Assembly (NCBI RefSeq): GCF_036321535.1
Contig: NC_087437.1
Coordinates: forward strand, 10,356,001-10,420,000
Direction of reading: 5' to 3'
Length of the DNA stretch: 64,000 nt
Source: Camelus dromedarius
Taxonomy: Eukaryota
The notes below the pieces were generated by a model. It was not told the DNA's origin. It searched no databases and worked only from the letters and a program-made list of their open reading frames with translations. The translations under genes and the position numbers were made by a program. This document shows positions 34,331 to 48,370 of the stretch, piece after piece; within the stretch, counting starts at the first letter, position 1, and each line of letters starts with the position of its first letter.

Positions 34331-36814
34331 TAGTGGATGTGAGTACCTTCCTTTTTCTTTCTCCATTTACTGTGCATGTCTTTACTTCTTATTGCCAACT
34401 CTTTGAAGCCCTTACTTTCTGAGAAAACACGTGGATTAAAAAAAAAAGTTGCATAGACTAAGACACTAATTTTTCTCAGCAAGCTCCCATTTTAAGCATC
34501 ACTGAGGGCTCATTTCTTTGGAGGAGATGGGGTAGAGGAAAGGACTGGAGGAGGAAGAGACTAATATTGTTTGTCACCACTGAGAGTCCAGTGCTGTATG
34601 GAAGACAGCCTCTCCCACTTAGAACAGTTTTCGGAGATCCAGTTTTACCGAACCAACCAAGAGTACACGTCTCCAGAAGCACTCACAACTTTAAAGAAAA
34701 CCAACAGAAATTCTATTCTCGAAGCACTATTTCTTCTCCATGTCATTTTCACTGCTGCTGAGCACCATTATGCAATGATTTTAGTAGAAGACAGCTTTTC
34801 AAAATAGCTTATTTTCTCACCTGGCCTCAAGAATTCAACTTATGGCTTAAGAGGCCTCATTTCAGGCTGTTACACCAGTCAGACTAACACGTGGCCTCAG
34901 ACTTGGTAATTTCCAGCAGGAGGGTGGGAGATGAAAGGGCTTGTCTTGCCCATACAACACGGCACAGCCTCAAATGTTAAGATCCCTCACAACCTGCGTT
35001 TGCCTCCTCGGCAGTTCCAAGTTGCCACAGACTGAACAATTCCCGTTGGGGTCAGATAGCCCTTGTTTCCAGCTGACTTTCAAAGCCTCCTCAGCGCAGC
35101 CCTCGGTGGTCATTCCCATCACTTAAGTAAATAACAACAGTGTGTTCTCTACAAACAGCAACCGATGAGATGAAATCAGCTGGTCACAGCCTACTCGGTG
35201 CGGCACGCGCAGGGAGCCTTGGTGGGCTGGTCTTCCTCTGTAATAACATCTCTGGTTCAGAGCTGCAGGTGTCCTTTCCATTTATATCAGTGGCTGAGTT
35301 TTTCCTCTTTTGGCATTTTGGCATCTCGCCCATATCTCCTTTCTCTCAGTTCTAATCTAAGAAAATAGACTAGATTCTGCAGAATGGAGCAGGTAGGTCT
35401 AATTTTTAAATGTGCACATATCTAGGTAGAAATCTCTAGTGTTTCATTGTAGTGGGCATTTGTTTTCCATGTTCTGAGCCTCGTTGGCCCATCCTACCCC
35501 CAACATCCTGGGAGCTGCCAATGTTTCCAGTAAACTCCTTTTTGTGAAATTTAGCCAGAGTCAGATTCTTGTTTGATAATAACCTTCAAGACAGCATGAT
35601 ACATTCTCACAATCTAAGATAATGCAATAAAAATATGTGGAGAACTTTAGATGAGTCCTAAAAAAAGAATACTTGAAAGAAGAATGTTAACAAAAGACTG
35701 TTGGGGGGAAGCAATTTACAAAACAGTATGTACAGTATGGTCCCATTTTTGCAAAAGAAAAAAAATGTATATTTACATGTCAGAAAAGACTAGCTGGATA
35801 CATACCAAAATGTTAATGTGATAATCTTCGTGAGAAAGTATGCCTGAGATTCTCAGCTAATTCTTTTAGCATCTCCATACTTACTATATTTTCTGCAATG
35901 CAGATGAATTCCTTTTGCAGTATAAAAAAATGATAAATGTTATTTTAAGAAATGCGTGTTCAAGGATGAACTTAAAGAATAATTAGGGGTTAGTTACTGA
36001 TTGAAAACTACATGGGCAATTAATGAAATGTTATTCCAAAGACCCGCCTTTGTAATGGCTTTTGAATCTTAATGATACCACTGGCGTCTCTCACCTGTTG
36101 TTACCCAATCCTCACAAACTAAACGTGTACACATAGGTCATGTTGTTAATCGTGACTCACAAAGATGAATCTGGCATACAGCACATGCTGCTATGAAAAG
36201 GCTGTAGTTAAAACGTACTATCAATCTACATATAAAATTACCCATGCTATTTTGAGAATCTGAGTTGTTTTTTTTTTTTAATGATTACTACATTGGCTCG
36301 GTATTTGAGCAGCCCTTGCTTGTTCATATGAGTTAAAACAACACATCATAACTGCAGAAACACAGGATAAAGAAAAATATGAATAAAGGAAATGAACAAA
36401 GTAGTAGTCAATTTAGCTAGATTGCAATTTCAAAATAAAAATAGGAATTTTTGAGAAGCTTTCAAAGGTCACTAGTTAAATTCAAATGTTATCCGTATTT
36501 TAAAAGACTGTGCCATTACACAGGCATGGTCATTTCTTCTCCTCTCAATTCCTCTCCTGCTAGGATTCTTTAGAAGTATTAGTCTGTTTTTTTCCTTTTC
36601 ATTAATTATTCTGCATTTTAGGTCTGGCTTTGCTCAAGAGGTTGGAGGCAAAATTCTTAAGTGCTCTTAGAATTTATTCATTCTCCTTTAAAAGTGTTTG
36701 CAGTCAAGTATCCATAATAGTATAGTCTGTTAAATGCTAAATGATCACTAGAAATTCTACATCTCTTGGCAGAACCATTTCCAAGGGTTCTGTCCAGTCC
36801 CTCTTCTTCTACAT

Positions 36815-37340
36815 CACAGGTTCCCAAACTCCTTGATCTCAGGACCTCTTTATAGCTTAATAATTACGTAGGACCCAAAAAAACTTTCTGTTCATGTGGG
36901 TAAATTTTTTTTTAATTTACCACATTTGAAATTAAAATAGAAAAATTTTGAATTATTGATCTATTCATTTATACATTGCAATAAGAAACCCATCATGTTA
37001 CCATAAACAGTGTATTTTATGAAAAATACCTATATTTCCAAAACATGTATATTTTCCAAAACAAGAATAAATAGTGACAGAATAGCATTGTTTCACATCT
37101 TTGCAAAATTTTTAAATGTTTGGCTTAATAGATGACAAATAGGTTATCCTACCTGCTCCTGCATTCACTCTGTTGCAATATCACACATCACTTAGTCTCT
37201 AGGAAAACTCCACTGCATACTTATGAGAAAATGAGAGTGAAAAAGGCAAAGAACATCTTAGTATCATTATGAAAATAGTTTTGACTTCATGGACCCTCTG
37301 AAAGGTCTCAGGGAGCCCACTCCCCTGGGTTCCCCAAGCC
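36815..37340. mobile_element. hAT-Charlie (Charlie1-like) DNA transposon
   Basis: TCCCAAACTCCTTGATCTCAGGACCTCTTTATA...ATTATGAAAATAGTTTTGACTTCATGGACCCTCTGAAAGGTCTCAGGGA. Confidence 0.7.
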
Positions 37341-38749
37341 ATCAGAGACACAAACGAATTGATGTCATCTCATGGTTGTGCAGGGGCTAAATCAGATTAA
37401 CACGTGGCACTAAATGTTTTCTGGGTCAAGGATTTCTTTTCTGGTGGCAGCTGTTTATCTTTTAAGCCACTGGAATAGATAAAGATCTCCTTGGAACTTT
37501 CACTGAGATGCAAAGAGATTGGCCCCACCTCCCCAATTTTTAGCTAGGACAAGAATCAAGGCTACAAGCATAGTGTAGTGGACCCTTTTTTTTGGGGGGG
37601 GAGGACACTTCCCAACGCTATTCCTCTATCTGTGACTTAGGTAGGGAGGGTGAGTACCACTCAGTGGTAGAACTCATCCTTAGCATGCAGGAGGTCCTGG
37701 GTTCAATTCCCATTACCTCCATTGGAAGGAAAAGAAAAGAAAAAAAAGAAAAAAGAAAAGAAAAGAAAAGAAAAGAAAAGAAGGAAGAAAGAGGAGAGAG
37801 AGAGAGAATGAAAGAAAAGAAAGAAAGAAAAGAAAGGAAAGAAAGAAAGAAAGAAAGGAAGGAAGAAAGGGAGGAAGGAAGGGAGGAAAGAAGGAAGGAA
37901 GGAGAGGGAGAGAGGGAGGGAGGGAAAGAAACTAAAATAATGTTTGTCCCTAAATAACTGAAAGATCCCAAATATTTCTAAGGAAAGGAACAACTTCCAT
38001 CCCCATCATAAACTATCCTAAAGACAGCACCTGAAGCTACATTAACCTTCTCATTAGTCTTCGAGGATATGGATTAAGATTTAACTACTAACGGACTGGT
38101 CAGACATCCTCTGTGTGCCTTACAATGTGCTCACCATTTCATAGGCATTTTCATATTTAACACAAGGAGGAGTCCTACCTTCCTCTATAAAACTAACTGG
38201 TAAGTAGTTAGGTAAGTGGGGACACTGGGCAGATAGATGGAGGAGAGGAAGGATGGTCCGGAAGGTGGAATTATGCCCACCTTCAGCATAAAGGGGCTTT
38301 ACTTCCTCTAAATGAGCACCAGCAAGGAATCAGTTAGAACTTGACAGCCGCAACCAGGCAGTAATAAGAAGGACCTAACCGGGCATGTCCCAGTGCTCAT
38401 TGTAATATAATTAGCCTTGCAGTTTAGGCCCCCTTATGGGTTTTTCTGTGTGCATCATGGGTAAGAACATGTGCAAAAGGGGACCAGCATGACTCAGCAC
38501 TCCAGGGACAAGAGCCATCAATCAATCAAGTGACCACCTCTAAGCGAGGGTGTAAGAAAAGGGGCAAACAAAGACCATCACTTTTCCTCCCTTGGATCAG
38601 CCCACCCTCCTTCTTGGTGGTGTACTTTCCCTTTCTTAAATAACACTTTCAAAATCTTTCACTACACAACACTCCGTCTTCTGTCTAAATTCTTATCTTT
38701 TGGGTAAGACAAGAACTAGGGTCTTTTCCCTTCCCCTTTTGGGGTAACA
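37341..38749 (+). mobile_element. ERV LTR-like sequence (probable solo LTR); 5' boundary uncertain
   Basis: 3' part has LTR R/U5 character (GTGTACTTTCCCTTTCTTAAATAAC...TAAATTCTT...GACAAGAAC) and ends GGGGTAACA. Confidence 0.55.
37645..37930 (+). mobile_element. tRNA-derived SINE whose tail expanded into a polypurine (GAAA/GGAA/GGGA)n tract
   Basis: CTCAGTGGTAGAACTCATCCTTAGCATGCAGGAGGTCCTGGGTTCAATTCCC, then about 200 nt of almost pure A/G. Confidence 0.9.
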
Positions 38750-40379
38750 ATTACTATTTGATGAAAACACTGTAGCCACCAGTCTTTAATGCAATAATTG
38801 TTCCAATGATCCATCACAGTCAGTTGTCTAAGCTAGAGGACCGAGCCGAAAAAAACTGAGTGTAGAAAACATGTATGGAAGGGCCCTTCTATCTGTTTTC
38901 CACTTACGCACCCATCACAGATTGCCTGAAGCTCTCCCAGTCCCTCCAGAAAATAGACTGACTGATGCCAATGGTATGTTGACCAAAACCAGCACACACA
39001 CACACACACCCTCCTCCTTAATGACAGGGATTGTACCAGCTGAGTTACATTTTAACAAGAGTCAGTTAAGTTTGTCTCCAAATTATTAATGCCAGTTGGA
39101 CTTGTTATTATAATTACAGAATTTAATTGAATAGTCTATAAACTGGTAAGTATGAGGGTGGAAATAGTCATTTACATGAAATCTCAGCTGAGTGATTTTG
39201 GAAAGGCTCAATAAAGGCAAGTCCCTTAAAAACACTAGAGTCAAATCAAACCTGGGTGAAAGAACTTTGAAAGGACCAGAGGAAAAGATAGAATGTTAGA
39301 AGAATTCCATCCTTCAATTTCTCTAAAAGATGGCTTTTAATGTCGTGTTCAAAAAATGGAAAATTAGAGATTCATAATGGGTGAACTTCATGCAAGGAAG
39401 ACAATGCTACTTCAGTAAACAAACTTGTACTCCAAGAAAAGAATTTTGCCTTATAATCAAAGATTGAAAAATGAATATCTATTTACATTCTAAACAACAA
39501 TAAAAGGTTTGTTAGGTATGTAACTTTTAAAAAATGATTCTCTTTAGCCAGCTTTTGGAGTACTTCTTACCCGATCATGACTTTTGAATACATGGATATA
39601 TATTAAAAATGTGCCAGTTTTAATCAGAGGAGGGCTTGCTCGTAATAAGAAAATAAATGAGTTGGTCCCAATGAAGTGCTAGTATTGATTGCAGTCTGTA
39701 AATTACAGTGTTTGTTATAAATGCTGTAAAAATTCAGAAAGCAAACACTGTGCTGTGCTGAAGTCATCAGGACGGCATCCTGAAGGGAGTGGGACACAGC
39801 TAGACCTTCAGGATTGGAGAGGAGTGGCTTCTGTTTCTGTAATGTGTGACCAAATGATGAGGTGAGGTCAGTGAGGCACTCACGACCATCTGTGGCAATA
39901 CCTTACCATCACACTAAACCTCCCCATTGCTCTGTATTTCCTCCACACCAAAACCTAGCACCTAATAACATATTTGACGGGCACTGCTTGTTTGTTTCAC
40001 CTTTGGCTTTCTGAAGTTCCCACCTTATTGTTTTGCCTGTGAAAATTCCCCTTCCTTGTGTCTTTAAAGTCTTTAAAGTCTCGCTCTTTAGTCATTCTGC
40101 AACTTGGACATCTTTTCCTCACCTTTATTTCTTACCTCCCCACCCCCTGTAGTGTCAGATGTAGTGTCAGAATGACTGTTCTAAACATGTTATGATATGA
40201 GTGTAAAGAAAATAAAAATCACACCTGACTCTACTATATTCTGTTTTTCAAAAGTATTCCCTGTATCTACCCTACTAAGCCTCTTGTGTGCTAAAAGAAA
40301 TTTCAAAGATTGTCTGTTCCTGTTCTCCTGGCTGTTGGAAGGGCTGGCTCCCTCCCCTCCTTCAAATCTCCTAAGAGAT

Positions 40380-40645
40380 GCTTTGTGCAACCCTCCAGGC
40401 TGTTACCCTCACCTCCCCTCTATGCCACAGCCCTCTGAGATCACACTTACTACCCTCTGAGCACTTATCAATAATGTCTAATTAATTTTATTCATCTGTT
40501 TACTTGATAAGTGTCTGATTTTCCTCTAGAATTTACATGAAGCATGTGTTTTGTTTGCAAATATTTATCCAGAGCCCTGCACAGTGCCTGACATACAGCA
40601 AGTGTTTGGTAAACATGTTTTGAATGAATGAATGAATGAATGAAT
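40380..40645 (+). mobile_element. L2 3' terminus
   Basis: CACAGTGCCTGACATACAGCAAGTGTTTGGTAAACATGTTT(TGAA)n. Confidence 0.8.
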
Positions 40646-42195
40646 TCATAATAAATTCATAAATTCAAATTTTGTGTCTAAGAAGTAATCACTTGTAATT
40701 CTTTAGTGAATTTTTCCTACATGTGCACACATATATTTTTTTCTTTACAAAAAAACTAAGATCATTCTCTGTATTGTCTATTCTGTTCACCTAAAATCTC
40801 TCATAAACAGCTTTTTATGAAGGCTCTGCTGGTCTTTATCTTCACTCACATGCCACAGAGATTCCAAAACATGGAGGCTAACTGATTACTTATTTTTGAG
40901 CATATTGGATGATTTTTTAAACTAGTTTAGATATATTAAATCTGGTTTTTTTTTTTAGTGTGAATAAAGTATTGCCTCTCTCTTTTAAGACTACTCATTC
41001 ATTAACTACAGTAATTTTCCCTTTTTACTTTATGTTGTCTGAGGACTCTTGTTTCCTATTACTCTATGCTTACAAAAAAATCATTACACTTTCTGCTTTA
41101 GTATTTCTCTTCTTTGTATTACATCATATCTCATATTATTTCAACACAAGAGAAAAACGGTTAGTTTTTCTCTCAAACTGCAAGAATTTTCTATTCAAAC
41201 TGCAACATTTTCTACTCAGATAGCAACATTTTTTTACTGACATTTATTCTTTATGCCTCTTTTCACTCTGGCTTAATCATTTCACTTTCTTGACATTTCA
41301 ACATTGAGATTTTTCATTTTCATAGAGTATTCTCTCTTGCCTGGCTTCTCACGAGTATACTAAAGGGAATCCCATATTTACAGTAAGTGTTCCCCTCATT
41401 ACCTGGGCCATATTATTATCTTTCAAAATATAGCTCACATTTTTAAAATTTTGTGCCATATCAGTTAGTCAATCACCATTTAAGTCAATATCTCCAAGTC
41501 CCAGATAAGTTTTCCCTGAATTGTCTAAAATAGCCAATGAAACTTACACCTCTTTGCTCCAGACTCTTGTTTGCAACTCTATTCTCTACTTCAGACATAC
41601 TTTTAGTTTGTCTTATGTTACTTTTCTAATTAGGAAAAATACTGGGGCTGCAAAATGTGGTCTCTAAACATCCAAAGGGCAAAAGCAGACATTCCATGAG
41701 AGCCAGAGAGAAACCGAAGCACCAAAAAAAGAACGATGACTCATCCACATGAGATCCCCCAGGAAATTATTTACACGGCTGTGAATGTGTTTTATAGGGA
41801 AATGTGGCAGTAGAAATAAATAAAAATAAATAAAGACATGGATATCCTGCCACAAAGTTTCTCTAGTGGTTAAGTAAGTAGATAGATACAGACAACTAGA
41901 GGTATCTATCAATATCAAGGGATGTCATTACCCCCAAGAGGAGGCAGAATTCTGGCCATTATTGGAATATAAAGGGCATTTGGTACAATAGAGCAATGTG
42001 CACACTGTCCTATTGAAAAAGGACTTGTTTAGACTAGAAAAAAATGAGTGACAACACCTACCCAAGGTTGATGGGAAAGTCTCCTGCTGTGGAAGATGGT
42101 AAATCCTGCATCATCCAAAAGGTGAAGCCAGGATTGCTCATGTCACAGAAACTCTCTGTCCAGTAGAAAATGTTTACTTAGAATTGCTCAGAGGC

Positions 42196-42396
42196 AGGGG
42201 GAGGGTAGAGCGCATGCTTAGCATGAAGGAAGTCCCGGGTTCAATCCCCAGTACCTCCACTAAAAATAAAAAATAAATAGGTATGATTAAAACGTTATGC
42301 TGTTTATGACACAACATTGGAAACTGACTATACTTCAATAAAAATGAATGCAAATTTTTAAAAGATAATAAAAAACAAAAATATTTTTAAAAAAAG
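42196..42396 (+). mobile_element. tRNA-derived SINE variant with an L1-like 3' segment
   Basis: SINE head lacking ATAGCTCAGTGGT; tail contains ACACAACATTGGAAACTGACTATACTTCAATAAAA; TSD AGAATTG(C/T)TCAGA at ~42180 and ~42396. Confidence 0.85.
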
Positions 42397-44774
42397 AATT
42401 GTTCAGAAGAAACTTTTTCTGTGATTTCTCCATTTTGACCAAAACAAGACATGTACCTGTTTTCTTGCTTTTTTTCAACCAAACCTCACTCATGAAGTTT
42501 CCTACCAAATAGCTTAGTTGTTGCTGTTTAAATTTATAGTAATTATATGTGTGAGTATTTAAGCTGTTAAAATTGATATCATTTTTGAACTCCCACTGTG
42601 TACCAAGAAATAGTAAGCACTGTCTAATATTTCTTCTCCAAAGAACGAATGTACAAAGCAGGCATTACCCTGATTGTACAGAGGAAGTGAAGTAAGTTTG
42701 CCAAAATCTCCCAGTCAGTAAGAGAAACGAAGGCTTGGAACTCAATTCCGACTCCCCAGATACACACACTTCCCACATCCTCCTGCCTTGTCTCCGAGTG
42801 TAATACTTTGACAGCACGCAGCTAGGCAATTCATTCATCCATTGACATGGGAAAGTAGGATTCATTCATTTTGTAATCATTAAACTAATTCAAAACAATT
42901 ACACACAATCTAACTAAACTTGTAAGGGAAATAGAAGTTTCTAAAAAAGATGCTTTCTACCTCTGAAACGCACAGGAGACTGACAATAATCCATTGTTCC
43001 CTGCTATTTAAGTTTTGCCATTTTTCTGTCTGAAACACTTAGGGATGAGGTAGAAGTTCAAACCAAATTTTATTGGAAAAAGGCAGAAACTCCATGTATA
43101 CTTACTAACCCTAAGGCAGCCAGAACTTTCCTTTCCCACTGGCCCACTGCAGATCTTTAAAATCAATTTTCTTTTCTACAATATCAAATGTCCCAGGTCT
43201 ACATCCAGCAGTTAAGGACTCCAGCACACTTGCCTTCATGGGCACCCATGTGAAAGTAGGCGGTATTCACATTCGTGGTACTTACAGACATACTCCCTCA
43301 TTTGGAGCTAGTTCAGTGTCAAAACAGCTAAGCCTTATCTTACCCTGTGGCATTGCTTCTTTTTCACAATAGGAAAAACTTTATTAACCAGTCAAGTTAT
43401 TTGACCATCCCCTGGAAATACTCTGAAATTATCCCCCCTAGTGATAACTGGGGCTGGAGCCAATTCCAGCCTCCTAAATGATAGCCACAGTCATTTGGTA
43501 TAAAAGTGATTACACAGAGTTTGCTTTTGTGAAATAATGCAAAAGAAAAAATAATGAAAATTAAGCCATTGACAATTTCCCATTACAACCATTCACAGAA
43601 ATATTCATGATGAATATCTTCACTATATTTAAATTTGCAAATTCCCTCCTCTGGTTAGAACAGCTAAACTATTCCTAAATAACCATTAAACTGGCATTAA
43701 GAGTAAACTATTTAAAAATTAAATAACAGCCATACTCAGACATAGTAAAAATGACACCTATTTAAAAAATATCCATTACTTAGTGTTTTTTATTCTACTC
43801 AGATGAAAACCAGAATTATTAATCTGTTATATATTTTTTCAAAAAACAGTTAACGTGGTTAAGTAAAGGATCGCAGAAAGGGGGAAACATGGCAGAATAT
43901 AATAAATACTTGTAAAATAAATCATTTCACCCTTCTCCCAAACAAAATTAACAGTGAAAACCTACAAATTTATTTGCACGTATTCAATTACATAATAGTC
44001 CAACTTTGGCTAATGTCAGCATTGTCCAGCGAGACTTGGCATTAGAAACCACCGCTCAGTTCTATATACTGCTGTGTGTAAGACCTGAATTAGACTAGGC
44101 ACAGCAAGGTATGGCATGCACAGATTAATAAAACATCCTACCTGCCACCAAGGTGTTTACTAAATAGAACGATTCTTAAAGCATATGAACCAAAATTACC
44201 AAGCATATAAGAGAGGCACAAAAAAATGCCATAAAAAATGAAATGTTCATTTCAGATGAGGAAAATCAACAAAATCATAATGAAAGACTTAGTGTTTGAG
44301 CCTTGCTGAGAGTTTGGGTAGAGTTTCAAAGGCTGAAGAAGACAGAACACTGTGAGCACAATACGAAGATAGGAAAGGGAAAGATAGGTTACTAAAGCCA
44401 AGGGACAGACTTGGGGATACCGGTTGCAAATCTAGACACTGTAAGCTTACTCTGCAGGCATAAGAAGCTTTGAAGGTTCTCATTTCTCTTTGAAACCTTT
44501 GGGGAAGAAGGACATACTGTGACTTGTCCTCAAAGAGAACACAAAAGGTCAAGATAAATGTTTTGGAGAGAGGACAGACTGGTCAGAGACTCTTGCGATG
44601 GGAGAAGTCAAAAGTCTAAAGGACATAAACTAAGGCAATGAGCTAACATAACCACTTAATCTTCCCATCTTTCAGTTTATCAATTTGTTGAACACACACA
44701 ATGCAGATATTCCATCCTACAGCTGTATCCTCCATTGAAACATCAGCAATAAAAAGAGAAGCCCATTAAACAGT

Positions 44775-45752
44775 TATCTCACCAGAGAAGATATAAACAT
44801 AGCAAAAAAGCACATGAAAAGATGCTCCACATCATATGACATCAGGGAAATGCAAATTAAAACAATGAGATACCACTACACACCTATCAGAACGCCCCAA
44901 ATCTGAAACATTGACAACACCAAATCCCGGCAAGGGCAAGGAGCAAGTGGAACTCTCATTCATTGCTGGTGGGAATACATGGTGGTCGAGCCACTTTAGA
45001 AGACAGTTTGGTGGTTTCTTATAAAACTAAACATACTCTTACCATATGATCCAGCAACCAAGCTCCTTGGTATTTATCCAGAGGAACCGAAAACTTACGT
45101 TCACACAAAATCCTGCACACGGACCTTTATAGGAGCTTTATTCATAATTGCCAAAACTTGGAAGCAACCAACATAACATGTCCTTCAGTAGGTGAATGGA
45201 TAAATAAACTGTGGTACATCCAGACAATGGAATATTATTCAGTGCTGAAGAGAAATGAGCTTTCAAGCCATGTAAAGTCATGAAGGCAACTTAAATGGAT
45301 ATTTCTAAGTGAAAGAAACCAATCTGAAAAGGCTACATGCTATGTTATTCCAACTACATGACACTCTGAAAAAGGCAAAACTATGGAGACAGTAGAAGGA
45401 TCAGCGGCTGCCAGGGAATAGGGGGAAGGAAGGATGAATAGGCAGAGTACACAAAATTATTAAGGCAGTGAAACTACACTGTATGATATTGTAATGGTGG
45501 AAATACGTCATTATCAATTTTTCCAAATCCACAGAATGTACAACAGTAAAAGTGAACCATAATGCAAACTGTGGACTTCGTGTGATTATGTGTCAATGTA
45601 GTTTCACGAACAGTAACAAAGGTACCACTCTGGTGGGGGATACTGATAATGAGAGAGGCTGTGCATGTGTGGGGGCAGGGGATGCATGGGAAATCTTTGT
45701 ATCTTCTGCTCAATTTCGCTGTGAACCTGAAACAGCTCTAAAAAACAAAGTT
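44775..45752 (+). mobile_element. L1MC-type element (ORF2 end plus 3' UTR)
   Basis: GAAATGCAAATTAAAACAATGAGATACCACTACACACC...GTACCACTCTGGTGGGGGAT...CTGTGAACCTGAAACAGCTCTAAAAA. Confidence 0.9.
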
Positions 45753-46499
45753 TTTGTTAAGCCCATTGACTAAATTCAGGAACTTAAAACAATGCACACA
45801 AAATTCAGGTGCATTGTAGAAAACTTAACAATCAGCTTAGAAATTTCATTTGAGGAATGTATATAGATTTTTGTACTATTAATAATTTCTACAACAATAC
45901 TAAACTCATTTTGGAAGTGAATTAGAAGTAATTTTTAAGCTATATATTAAATGTACTTAAATTCTCTAGTGTGAATGTTTAATATTCATCTTACTGCAAT
46001 AAAAATTATTCACATTTAGCAAAAAAATGTTTGGAAAATCTAGGGCTAGTCAATCTGTAAATGTTTTTTTTTTAACATTGTGTTGCTATGTTGAACACTT
46101 ATGTCTGTGGAGTTTTTATTTTTATAGATAATTACTGTGTATATGTGGATTTCTTTCCTCATAAGGTTATTGTGGGATGCCACTAATGCTTGGTAAGGTT
46201 TAAGGTATAAATATTAAAGAACTGTATGGTCTTAGAAGTGGAAGGCAATTTATGCATTTATGAAATAAGTTACACTATGTAATACATAACTGAAATTAAT
46301 GTGAAATTGCTGGTCAGTTACTCTGAGTACAAATATTAGGGAAAATGGAAATTCTTTGCACAATAGCTTATAATGAATTTGAATTGAAATTTGCTAGTGA
46401 CTTTTCAAAACTCTAATAGGAATAATTCTCTCTCTCCTTCACCATATCTTTCATAACAAGAATAAACATTCCACAATAGCAGTGACGATTTATTTTTAA

Positions 46500-48370
46500 T
46501 ACAAAAATTATACAAGGCATGTGAAGAAACTTAACTGAGATAGTAAAAGATTTAAGTAAATATATATTAACCATATCTCTGGATTGGAAAACTGAAAATT
46601 GAAAAGATATCAGTTCTCTACAAAATAATATGTAAATATATAACACAATGCCAAATAAAATTCTAAGATACTTTTGGAGGGGAAGGGTCTTGAAAAAAAA
46701 TCTCGATTTGTTGAGACTAAACATAAGAATTGAATATTCAGAAATTTTCTGAATTAGAACAGTAACAAGGCGAAACCTATTGTACCATATGTTAAAATAC
46801 ATTTTAAAGTTATAGAAATGAAAATGTCTTGACAAGGGAGCCAGGACAGACATATACATCAATGAAGCAGAACAAATAAGTGATTAATGATGAAAAAGGG
46901 AGACTATTGAATCAGTGGGGAAAGGATAAATATTTAGTAAGTGTTTTGGGGAAAACTGGAGAAAAACCATTAAAGAAAAAATGAAACATGTATCCTTAAG
47001 TCATACCTCCATCCAGAATAAAATCCAGGCAAATTAAAGGTATAACTATTAAAAATGTAATTGTAAATATAACAGAAGAAAATTCTGGTGGTTATTTGCA
47101 CAATCAGGTTGGGGAAGAACTTTCTAAATGGGGCATAACAAGAAAAAGATCCAAAATTCTGGCTGCATGAAGCTATTTCACAGTGAACTGCAAAACTGCT
47201 GAAAACAAGGTTAAATGACAAATTTGGAAGGAAATTGTAATATGAGGCAAAATATTACCATAAAAATTAGATACTACTTTTTTAGATCTATTAGTGAAGG
47301 GCCTGGGGGAAAACAGGGCACAGCTGAGCAGGATGACCAGGGAGAGTTTAATGTCATGAGTTTTTTATACAAGTGTGAGGAGTGATGGTAGAGACCAACT
47401 GGGGCTGGTGAAGGTCCAGGGTGAACAGCAGCCCAGGAAGGAGACATCTCCCACCCTAAGTCAGAAGTAAGGGAAGGGCAGCCCCCGGAGACCATCAGAC
47501 AGGAGCCGGGAACTTTGGTAGAATGCAGTCCATCCAGCCTCGGCCTGGCAGAGAGGGAGCAGAAGAACCAGTGCTTCGACCTCACACTGCTCCCATTTGT
47601 CCTGCCAGTGACTCTGCTGCTGACCCATGAGGAGGTCAGAGGGCAGGACACCTGCTGATGCCCCAGAGAACAGGGCGGAGAAGACAGAGAGTGAATCTGG
47701 ACATGGAAATGGAGTGCTTGCTGTTGGCAAATAGTAAAAGGATGATTAACACTGACACTATTGAGGGTGCAAAGAACTGGAGATTCCAGTACACGTTTGT
47801 GGTTGTGTAAATATTTCCACCCCTCTGGAGGTCAAGCTGACAATACGAACTGTGCATATCTTGTAACTCGGCAATTCTACATCAAAGTATCTACCGTTCA
47901 GAAGTAGAGTAACAGTGTGTGTGTGTGTGCATGTATACATACATACATACACACACATACATGAATTTTCATCACAGCACTATTTATTATAATCAAGATT
48001 TTATAGCAACCTAAATATACTCATCAATAGGGAATTGGTTAAACATATTATTTTATTCATAAAATGGAGCAGTATACTGACATTAAAACTGATTCTTTAG
48101 GCTTATGTTTCCTTTTTATCTCAGCTTTTTTGAAGTGTAATTGAGAAGTAACTGGCTTATATTCCTTAATAAGGAAAGATGGTCATAATAAACCATTAAG
48201 TGACAAATTAATACAGAGAATAATGAATATGTATGTACAGAAAAACAAATCAATGGGATACACGCCAAGAGGAAAGTGGTAAAATTATGACTGATTTTTG
48301 TTTACTATTTTTATTTTCAGTTATGTGTATTTTCTAATTTTTCAAGCAATGAATATAAACTGTTTGGGAG
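46500..48370 (+). mobile_element. Highly decayed L1M ORF2/3' fragments, interrupted by an LTR
   Basis: A-rich degenerate ORF2 motifs (TGGATTGGAAAACT..., TGGGGAAAACTGG, GCAACCTAAAT). Confidence 0.6.
47290..47745. mobile_element. Old ERVL-type LTR
   Basis: GC-rich block inside L1 that resembles 57255-57750; family not assigned. Confidence 0.45.

Noticed and set aside
35184..35345. Long terminal coding exon (MGEMPKCQKRK...)
   Set aside because: That frame has two stops right after the acceptor at 35356 and no recognisable homology
37592..37993. Lys/Glu/Arg-rich and Phe/Ser/Leu-rich ORFs
   Set aside because: Translations of a SINE and its polypurine tail
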